A stretch of 64,000 nt of DNA from IMG/VR virus record IMGVR_UViG_3300042261_000652, positions 1-64,000 of that record. One strand, given 5' to 3'. Positions 6,919 through 15,100 of this stretch are shown here, in pieces (the first letter of the stretch is position 1; each line of letters opens with the position of its first letter). The notes below the pieces were generated by a model. The model searched no databases and had not been told where the DNA came from. It was given only the letters and a program-made list of their open reading frames with translations. Made by a program: the position numbers and the translations under genes. Origin of the DNA: a virus.

Positions 6919-6990
6919 CGTATAACGGCCATTACTTTCGGCTTTGGACCGAAAAATCTCTGTTCGATTCGGAGATGGGGAGCGTGTTAT
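6919..6990 (+). tRNA. tRNA-Gln (anticodon TTG) with U1:A72
   Basis: Acceptor TCCCCAT/ATGGGGA + G. Anticodon stem TTCGG/CCGAA, loop CTTTGGA. T-arm CTCTG-TTCGATT-CGGAG. U1:A72 is typical of bacterial tRNA-Gln. Confidence 0.6.
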
Positions 6991-7140
6991 AGTTTTATAT
7001 ATTTTGTAATACAAGCGGCAATTCGCTCTGTTAAGTAGCGGTGGTTCCAACCATCAAAACTGACGAATGACAACTTGAAAGTAAGTGCCATTTAAATAGA
7101 AAAGAGTATATTAGATTGATGAAAATGCGGCACTTTCAAT

Positions 7141-7215
7141 TCCACTCTAGCACAACGGTCGTGCGACGTGCTGTTAACACGTAAGATCTCCGTTCGAATC
7201 GGAGGGGTGGAGCCA
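7141..7215 (+). tRNA. tRNA-Asn (anticodon GTT), CCA encoded
   Basis: Acceptor TCCACTC/GGGTGGA + G + CCA. D-arm GCAC-AACGGTC-GTGC. Anticodon stem ACGTG/CACGT, loop CTGTTAA. T-arm CTCCG-TTCGAAT-CGGAG. Confidence 0.65.
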
Positions 7216-7551
7216 TTTTACATAATCAGGCGACCGTGAAAAGTCATCCCGATACAAAAGAGATTAGGGATTGGTAAAACGAGGAATCCCCTCCACTTAA
7301 TCATTGTCGCCAAAATGAATAATATGATTATGTGAAAATTTTAATACGTACAACAGATTCTTATTCAACATACAACATACAACTAGTTAAAACGTTGAAA
7401 AGTTAGTATACTAAAGCCGATAGACAAATAATGCGAGTATGAAGGTTAGATTCTTTCCCTGCCCACCAAGGGGGCAGGTAGACATAATGACAATGTCCGA
7501 GCATTTATGGGAACGCTTCGTGAAATCCGGCATAAATTTAATAATAGCAAT

Positions 7552-7625
7552 AGTCCTGTAACACAGTGGCAGTGCAGTCGTCCGATTAACGACCTACCTC
7601 AGTTCGATTCTGAGCAGGACTACCA
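7552..7625 (+). tRNA. tRNA (probable Ile, anticodon GAT; loop CCGATTA), CCA encoded
   Basis: Acceptor AGTCCTG/CAGGACT + A + CCA. Anticodon stem GTCGT/ACGAC. T-arm CTCAG-TTCGATT-CTGAG. Confidence 0.5.
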
Positions 7626-7661
7626 ATATTATTACAATAGTATTGGGCAATTAAAAAATAG

Positions 7662-8165
7662 TTGCATTTGATGGCATTACTAATATTTATCAGTATGACA
7701 TCTAAATTATTCGAATGCATTTCTGAGAATAAATTTCGCTTATCGAAAGATAATGAAACGTTGTATAGAAAAACTATTATTAAAATGGCGACGAACATTG
7801 CCAAGGAGTTGTGGGGAAAAGATGTGATAGTTAATTATCACACAGGTGATGGCGTTGATATTTTTCACTTCGAGATTACAAAACCGGAACAACAGGATGG
7901 TTCGAAAAATCAAAATCATCCCGATATGGGAGGTTCGTGGAACGACTTTGAGACGAGGTTTGCAGATAAAGGACCGGGCGATTCGTTCTATAATTTTTTG
8001 ACCGGTGGGACTTCATCCGCTAAACCATTTAATAAATGGCTGAGGTATTATAAAAAACGATGGGCGTGGAGCGAGGCATATAGCAGTATGCCATATACTT
8101 TTATTAAAACATTTGACAATTCGAAATTGAAAGCGAAGCTCGGTATTAAAAATGCCGAATATTAA
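7662..8165 (+). CDS. hypothetical protein
   Basis: 167-aa ORF (true start may be an internal Met); no motif. Confidence 0.35.
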   Translation: MHLMALLIFISMTSKLFECISENKFRLSKDNETLYRKTIIKMATNIAKELWGKDVIVNYHTGDGVDIFHFEITKPEQQDGSKNQNHPDMGGSWNDFETRFADKGPGDSFYNFLTGGTSSAKPFNKWLRYYKKRWAWSEAYSSMPYTFIKTFDNSKLKAKLGIKNAEY

Positions 8166-8210
8166 AACTTATAATATAAGTGGAGATATTCATTAGATAT
8201 TCATTATAAT

Positions 8211-8411
8211 ATGGAAGAGCAATATAAAATTGATCGGGAAGTCGCATATGTTGCGGCTGGCATAACAAAAGACGTTTTGGCAGAAGCACTATGGGAATAT
8301 GTGTTTGGTCAGCAGGATTCTAGTAAATCTACGTGTGATAGTATTCAAGCCAAACGTATGGAAATTAAAACGCTTTATCCCAAGCCGGATATCTCAAGTC
8401 GGACTGATTAA
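8211..8411 (+). CDS. hypothetical small protein
   Basis: 66-aa ORF. Confidence 0.25.
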   Translation: MEEQYKIDREVAYVAAGITKDVLAEALWEYVFGQQDSSKSTCDSIQAKRMEIKTLYPKPDISSRTD

Positions 8412-8629
8412 TTTAACGGAATGTAGCCTAAAAGTGAGGCACCTGTTTTGGGGACAGGATCAAGTGGGAGCATTACCCATCATTCCGAGGACACAGTGTA
8501 TTATACCTTCTCGTGGTTGTGTCTGAGTAATGCTAAAATAATACAGATTATGGATCAATGACTTTATATCCATTGTGAAGCAATACCTTTTTACAAAAAG
8601 AAAAAAATTCAGTAGGAATCATTCCATTT

Positions 8630-8833
8630 TTAGATATATTTGCCTGCCGAGTCGTCAATCCACAATTTTCCAATGTCGATTTTCCTCACTCGGTTTCTTA
8701 CTGCTTCTTTTGCGCTTGGGGTTAAATGATAGCGAACAGTGCTTTTGACACAACCAATTTCATCGGCAATTTTTGATTACTCCAAGTTGGAAACTGACGT
8801 TTCATATCTATTATTTTTTTCTTTTATATTCAT
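8630..8833 (-). pseudogene. HTH (sigma-70 region-4 / LuxR-type) regulator interrupted by one in-frame TAA (codon 19)
   Basis: Minus-strand reading: MNIKEKNNRYETSVSNLE-TAA-SKIADEIGCVKSTVRYHLTPSAKEAVRNRVRKIDIGKLWIDDSAGKYI*. The HTH helix IADEIGCVKSTVRYHL follows the stop in the same frame, and no alternative start lies between the stop and the helix. Confidence 0.4.
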
Positions 8834-9116
8834 AGGAATAAATATATGGACAAAACATCAGACATAAATGTTTCGTCCACGATAACCATTTTGAGATCCG
8901 AACGGCAATCAAAATTCACATGTTAAATGAAAATGCGGATCTCGGTCTTATTACGCTAGTAGGGAAGTAACCATTCTATATGAATGGCCTAGATGCGAAA
9001 ACATTGCTTAGACCTCCACGAAAGTGGATTGGCGGCTCCCTGCGGCACAGTAATTTAAGATGCGGACAGCAATAAAATAAATTTATTATTGGAAATAAAA
9101 AAACGCATCTTGTTAT

Positions 9117-9193
9117 CAGGATATAGTTCAGCTTAGTAGAACGCCAGTCTGGGGGGCTGGAGGTCATGGGAGCGAAGCCCATTATCCTGACCA
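9117..9193 (+). tRNA. tRNA-Pro (anticodon GGG) with C1:G72, CCA encoded
   Basis: Acceptor CAGGATA/TATCCTG + A + CCA. D-arm GTTC-AGCTTAGTA-GAAC. Anticodon stem CCAGT/GCTGG, loop CTGGGGG. T-stem ATGGG/CCCAT with unusual loop AGCGAAG. Confidence 0.5.
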
Positions 9194-9210
9194 TTACATT
9201 TCGACGATAA

Positions 9211-9477
9211 TTATTTAACTACCCCGCACGCAATTTTGCATCGTTTCTTCCCCACGCAAGGTTTATTTGTTATTTTGCAAATAAAGCAGGGCGAATAACA
9301 AGGCATGTCATCGTTTAGTTTAGTTATTTCTTGTTTTAATTGTTCGATTTCTTTATTTTTCTCGTGATTTTTGAAAATCGACAAGAACAACAAACCGCCA
9401 AATATAGTTCCCATTGTGATTATTAATGTCATAATTATAAATATAATAAGTTTATGGGACGGCGCAACAATTAACAA
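9211..9477 (-). CDS. small membrane protein (one TM helix + coiled-coil + Cys-rich tail)
   Basis: MTLIITMGTIFGGLLFLSIF hydrophobic helix, then KNHEKNKEIEQLKQEITKLNDD, then a CxxC-rich C-terminus. Confidence 0.3.
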   Translation of the reverse strand: MLIVAPSHKLIIFIIMTLIITMGTIFGGLLFLSIFKNHEKNKEIEQLKQEITKLNDDMPCYSPCFICKITNKPCVGKKRCKIACGVVK

Positions 9478-9491
9478 ATATTCGCATTTGG

Positions 9492-10235
9492 ATGGAGTTG
9501 GAATATCTATTTATACGTATGCAATTAAACGAAGGACCAATTTTAATTTCTGACGAAGATAGAAATATCATATCGAAATATATTAAAGATATGAAATCCA
9601 AGGTGGATGCTTTATTAAAAAGAAAACGAGGCATTCGGGAGAGGGATCTTTGCACTATTTTTCAGAAAATATCGGATGCGTCGAAATATAATTTATTTCC
9701 ATTTGAAATTCGCTATGAATATGAACAATTTGGGGGAATGAGTGCTTGTTATTATAAATCCACGAACACGGTTTATATGAACTTGGCATATATTGTTGAT
9801 ATAAAATCGTCCGACGATGATCCATATTGGGGACTTCCCGTAGTAGAATCTGTTAATTTTAAAAAATTCACGGAACTGTTTGCTCATGAATTTATTCATT
9901 ATATTCAACACGTTAGACGACAAGAAAAATCGGGAGAGTATGAAATTCCCGATACGTGGAATGATCGGGATAAATACTGGAAAAGGCCGTGGGAGCAGCA
10001 AGCACACGCAATTGAATATTTGGAAAAATTAAAACACGACTTAAAAATTAAAAAGCCCGGAGAAATTTTAAGCCAATTGAAAAAGATGGGAGTTCTTCAT
10101 AGAGTGGATTTGGATCAATTAAAGAAGTCGGATTATAAGTCGTGGAAGGCAATTATGAAGCAAGCAATAATGACTGCTCTTGCCGATATGGAGGGCGATG
10201 AAAGTCTCCCTTGGCAAAAAAGAAAATTGCCGTGA
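9492..10235 (+). CDS. putative ImmA/IrrE-family zinc metallopeptidase (HExxHxxxH)
   Basis: ELFAHEFIHYIQH motif (HEFIH...H), ~250 aa. Lies next to the HTH gene and upstream of the TnpB remnant. Confidence 0.4.
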   Translation: MELEYLFIRMQLNEGPILISDEDRNIISKYIKDMKSKVDALLKRKRGIRERDLCTIFQKISDASKYNLFPFEIRYEYEQFGGMSACYYKSTNTVYMNLAYIVDIKSSDDDPYWGLPVVESVNFKKFTELFAHEFIHYIQHVRRQEKSGEYEIPDTWNDRDKYWKRPWEQQAHAIEYLEKLKHDLKIKKPGEILSQLKKMGVLHRVDLDQLKKSDYKSWKAIMKQAIMTALADMEGDESLPWQKRKLP

Positions 10236-10444
10236 TGTATAACATAATTTAAAACCCCATACGCTTGAAATGATTGCAAGCATTTCGGACAAAGCGCATC
10301 ACTTGGGGTTATTTGACGACAGCAATGCACGTCAAGTTGTTGTTGGAACTTGTCCTTTCAATGACGATTCATTTGTAGATATAAGATGGGATCGCAACAA
10401 ATATAAATTTATATCTTTTTTATGATAGGTATGGTCGTATGTTG

Positions 10445-10480
10445 TGAATGCTCCCCTACCCTAAAGGGATAGGGGCTTCT
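10445..10480. mobile_element. IS200/IS605-family right-end subterminal hairpin (GTGAATGCTCCCCTACCCTAAAGGGATAGGGGC)
   Basis: Imperfect hairpin CCCCTACCCT-AA-AGGGATAGGGG overlapping the 3' end of tnpB. A second degenerate copy lies at 59467-59510. Confidence 0.45.
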
Positions 10481-11166
10481 ATGTTTCTTTTGGAAGCAAA
10501 AGAGTCCATTCCGACTCTTAAAATGTTTCTTGCGGCATTCAAATCTCGTCCAATATTCAATCCACAAACATTACATTTGTGTTGTCTATCGGAGAGTTCT
10601 TTCTTAACAATGCTGCCACATCCAGAACACATCTGACTCGTATAGGCAGGATTTACGTCCACCACTTCACAGCCAGCCTCTACCGCTTTACTATGTAGCA
10701 TTTGTCTAAACGTAGTCCATCCTGAGTCCAATATGCTCCTATTCAAACTTCGCCAGTTGTCATTCAACATCTGACTTGGTTTAATATCCTCTACACAAAC
10801 ATGAGAGTATTCGGTTACGAACTTCTTGCTCAACTTGTGTAGGAAATCTTTCCGTTGGTTCTTAATCTTACAATGTATTTTTACCAACGTATTCTTCACT
10901 CTAACCTTCTTTAGGTCGTCTTTAGGTTTAGTTTTCAACTCCGAATACTTTGCTTGTGTTTTGGAAAGTTCCTCTTGGGATTGCTTTAAGAAGTGAGGAT
11001 TAGAAATGGTAGCACGGCAGCACATACGCTGACAGATTGGTTCGAGTCCAAACGATTGATGTAGTAACTTTATTAATAAAACTCTGATAGGCGCAGTGTA
11101 CAAGGCGGAACATATAGTGAAATCCAGAAATATTTTTGAGCGTAGCTCAGTTGGTAGAGCAGACAC
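10456..11166 (-). pseudogene. tnpB: TnpB (IS605 OrfB family) remnant, 5'-truncated: RuvC-II, zinc finger and RuvC-III retained, N-terminal WED/REC/RuvC-I lost
   Basis: ...NQRKDFLHKLSKKFV...VCVEDIK...GWTTFRQMLHSKAVEAGCEVVDVNPAYTSQMCSGCGSIVKKELSDRQHKCNVCGLNIGRDLNAARNIL. The GIDLG (RuvC-I) position is degenerate (SFGLEP). The N-terminal ~35 codons overlap a plus-strand tRNA-like gene. Confidence 0.7.
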
Positions 11167-11229
11167 TCCGTTATCCGGTAAAAGACACCTAAAAAGGACG
11201 GAGGTTCAAGCCGTTGGTTCGAGTCCAAC
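11134..11229 (+). tRNA. tRNA-like gene with a ~21-nt insertion in the anticodon-arm region (canonical GCTC-AGTTGGTA-GAGC D-arm and GTTGG-TTCGAGT-CCAAC T-arm)
   Basis: Acceptor TTGAGCG/CGCCCGA (6 of 7 pairs). CTCCG...CGGAG stem encloses a 28-nt loop. Overlaps the truncated tnpB N-terminus. Confidence 0.25.
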
Positions 11230-11243
11230 CGCCCGATTATATT

Positions 11244-11318
11244 CGTTCCTTAGTTGAGTGGCCCAACGATGTTTTGATAAAGCATTAACACTGGTTCGAT
11301 TCCAGTAGGAACGACCAC
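11244..11318 (+). tRNA. tRNA-Ile (anticodon GAT), CCA encoded
   Basis: Acceptor CGTTCCT/AGGAACG + A + CCA. Anticodon stem ATGTT/AGCAT, loop TTGATAA. T-arm CTGG-TTCGATT-CCAG. Confidence 0.6.
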
Positions 11319-11344
11319 AATTTAAAAAAGGGCAGATTATTAAT

Positions 11345-11421
11345 GCAGGAGAAGCTCAATCGGATGAGCAAACGCTTGCGAAGCGTGAGGTTGGTGAGTT
11401 CGAATCTCCCGTCCTGTACCA
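11345..11421 (+). tRNA. tRNA-Arg (anticodon GCG as read)
   Basis: Acceptor GCAGGAG/GTCCTGT + A + CCA. D-arm GCTC-AATCGGAT-GAGC. Anticodon stem ACGC/GCGT, loop TTGCGAA. T-loop TTCGAAT. Confidence 0.5.
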
Positions 11422-11620
11422 AATTTAACACCATATGATATCCGTGCAAAGCGGGTAAAGTTTGTGGATCTTTTAGTGTAACAGTAGTATATTATGGGGG
11501 AGAAGAAGAAAATCCACTTTATGGGGATGTAGTATAAAGATGTAAATAATGCGCTTAAGAGAACTTCGAACTACGAGTAATCATCTAGTCTCGCCATCTC
11601 CGCCAATTTTAATAGTTTAA

Positions 11621-12070
11621 ATGCTATTTATAGTTATGATAAAATTAAAAGAACTGATAGAGATGATTTTTGATTCTGAAAGTGTTCCGCCCATCTTGTA
11701 TCATGGGACATTTAATAAATTAACCAATAAAATAAAGAAACATGGGCTAGTTCCGGGAGGAAGGGAAATTCAAAATTTTTCCGGAATAGAAGGGGGGGTT
11801 TATTTAGGATTAAATCCCGAGTATGCTGTCAGTATGGTAGAGGCGAGCGAAAATGATAGCATTCCTCCGAAATGGTTTGATGACATCGCCATCATCGCAA
11901 TAAATACATCAAAGATAGATTTATCAAAATTGGATATTGATCCGAATGTACTTCCACAGGAGGATGAATATGATGATGATATTCCGGCAGATGATACAGT
12001 ATATTCATTCATATATCGTGGGATAATTTCTCCAGATGCTATAATAAGCATCGACAGATATAGTTCATAG
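11621..12070 (+). CDS. ADP-ribosyltransferase-fold protein (H-Y-E class; Tpt1/KptA-, PARP- and diphtheria-toxin-like YHGT motif)
   Basis: ILYHGTFNKLTNKIKKHGLVPGG...GGVYLGLNPEY matches the LYHGT-x7-I-x2-x-GL-x-G core of KptA/Tpt1 and the YHGT of H-Y-E ARTs. Acidic C-terminal tail. Confidence 0.4.
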   Translation: MLFIVMIKLKELIEMIFDSESVPPILYHGTFNKLTNKIKKHGLVPGGREIQNFSGIEGGVYLGLNPEYAVSMVEASENDSIPPKWFDDIAIIAINTSKIDLSKLDIDPNVLPQEDEYDDDIPADDTVYSFIYRGIISPDAIISIDRYSS

Positions 12071-12151
12071 TTAGTTTTAAAAATGATCAAACATTTTGAA
12101 GATTGTGAATCGGCGAGATATTTATATATTGTATAGAATACAATTAAATAT

Positions 12152-15100
12152 ATGGCTAATATCAAAATCTCACAATTGTCGAATGCGAGCACGTTAAATG
12201 GTTCCGAACTATTGGAATTAGTTCAGAGTAATGGCTCTGTAAAGACTACTGCCGCCAGTATAGCGGCCATTTCCCAATCATGGACGGGTAGCAGTGATGG
12301 TAATATCTATAGAGCCGGCGGAAATGTTGGCATTGGAACGACCACTCCTGTAAAGCGATTAGATGTGACTGGTGATATTCTCTTGACTGGATATTTGGTT
12401 AATACTGGCAGTGCGCCAGCAAATTCAAATTTTGTCGGAAAGAATGCAGGAATAAATGCGCCGGGAGCAAACGATTCGAATTTCTTGGGATATAAGGCAG
12501 GAAATGGAGCAACAAATGCAAATGCCTCAAATTTCTTTGGATATAATGCAGGAAATGCCGCAACAGATGCAAATTATTCGAATTTCATTGGAAAGAATGC
12601 GGGGGGTGATGCGACGAATGCGAATAGATCCAATTTTTTGGGATATAATGCGGGGGGTGATGCGACGAATGCAAATTATTCGAATTTTCTTGGATTTTAT
12701 GCGGGAAATTTCGCAACGAATGCAAACAATTCGAATTTTCTCGGATATAATGCAGGAAATGCCGCATCACATGCGAACCATTCCAATTTCTTTGGATATA
12801 ATGCAGGAAATGCCGCATCATATGCGAACAATTCCAATTTCTTTGGATATAATGCAGGAAATGCCGCATCATATGCGAACAATTCCAATTTCTTTGGATA
12901 TAATGCGGGATATAATGCTCTATATGCCACAAGATCGAATTTCTTCGGTCTTAATGCAGGATATGGTGCAACACATGCTCATTTGTCCAATTTCATTGGA
13001 TATAATGCGGGAAATGCTGCAACAGATGCCCGGCAATCGAATTTCATTGGACAGGGCGCTGGAGCAAATGCAACATATGCGAGTAAATCCAACTTCCTCG
13101 GAGATGGGGCGGGATATACAGCCACAAATGCGAATAGATCCAATTTCTTGGGATATCACGCCGGGCTAAATGCAACAAATGCGAATAAATCTAATTTCTT
13201 GGGATATTACGCCGGGCTAAATGCAACATATGCGAACAATTCCAATTTCTTGGGATATAAGGCAGGAAATGGAGTAACATATGCGAATAAATCTAATTTC
13301 TTTGGTAATAATGCGGGAAATGGAGCAATAAATGCAGATAATTCAAATTTCTTGGGATATAATGCAGGAAATGAAGCAGCAAGTGCAAATAATTCAAATT
13401 TCTTGGGATATAATGCGGGATTGGGCGCAACAAATGCAAACAGTTCGAATTTCTTTGGATATAATGCGGGATTGGGCGCAACATATGCAAACAGTTCGAA
13501 TTTCTTTGGATATAGTGCAGGAAATGGAGCAACAAGTGCGAATAATTCTAATTTCTTGGGATATAATGCAGGAAATGGAGCATCAAGTGCGAATATTTCG
13601 AATTTCTTGGGATATAATGCAGGAAATGGAGCAACATATGCGAACAATTCCAATTTCTTTGGATGTAATGCAGGAAATACCGCAACAAATGCGAATAATT
13701 CTAATTTCTTGGGACATAATGCAGGACGTGCAGCAACAAGTGCGAACAACTCGATTTTCATCGGAAATAATGCAGGCAAAGACGACACGGTAAATAATAC
13801 CGGTGGCAAATCATCCATATTAATTGGCGATTATACATTTACAAGTGGCAGTAGTGATAGTATTGCAATAGGTAAAGGAACTTCAAATAGTACCAACAAT
13901 CAATTTAATATTGGCAATGTATTGTATGGATTAAACATATATTCGGGATCAACTGCAACAGCAATGCCTCAATTGAACGGTAAAGTGGGTGTAGGAATAA
14001 ATACGCCTACCGCCACATTACACGTAAATGGAAATATTTCGGCATCTGTAATAGAAGCCATAAATATCAGTGGTTCTAGTGCCGTATTGAATGTATTATC
14101 GATATCGTCTTCTACAACTATTCCTGCCATAAATATTAAAGGTTCTTTGGCCAGTGATTTGCCGACGTTTTCATCGGAATTTTTATCGGGCGGAACGTGG
14201 ACTTCTGCTAGTATTGATACGTGGACGGGTAATTATGCTGTGGGATTTACTCATATATCGGCATCTAATAATACATCATCATTATCTCATTCGGTTGCTG
14301 CTGTTAACAGTACAAAATATCAAATAAATTATACCGTTTCAAATAGAACTCTTGGGTCATTTATTCTTATGTTTGGAGGTTATGTTTCCAGTGCAATAAC
14401 TGTCACGGGCAATGTGGGACCGACTTCTACTGCTACCAATCAATTAACATTAACACCGACGGCAGATTTCAATGGTACTGTTGCTATTAGCATTAAATCT
14501 ATAACAGCAGGATTAATGCCCGTTGCAAGTTATGCCGATTCTGCCGGTGTGGTGGGCATTGAAATTAGAATTCCAAGTGGAAGTTCTAATAATACGTTTA
14601 TTGGAAAAAACTCGGGACAATATAACACAAATGGTTATAATAACAATGCTATTGGATATAATGCACTTCGAAATAACACAACTGGCAATTATAACAATGC
14701 TATTGGAGTAAATGCACTTTATTCTACCACAACTGGCAATTATAACAATGCTATTGGAGGATCTGCACTTCAAACTAACACAACTGGTTATCAGAACAAT
14801 GCTATTGGAGGATATGCACTTTATTCTAACACAACTGGTTATCAGAACAATGCTATTGGATATAATGCGCTTCAAACTAACACAACTGGTTATCAGAACA
14901 ATGCTATTGGAGTAAATGCACTTCAAACTAACACAACTGGTTATCAGAACAATGCTATTGGAGGATATGCACTTTATTCTAACACAACTGGTAGTAATAA
15001 CAATGCTATTGGAGGATATGCACTTTATTCTAACACAACTGGTTATCAGAACAATGCTATTGGAGGATATGCACTTCAAAATAACACAACTGGTTATCAG

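Noticed and set aside
7225-7310. GGCGACC…TGTCGCCA hairpin region as another tRNA
   Set aside because: There is an acceptor-like outer stem and an internal GGGATT/AATCCC hairpin, but no T-loop (TTCRA) or D-loop signatures and no CCA. It is probably a plain structured spacer.
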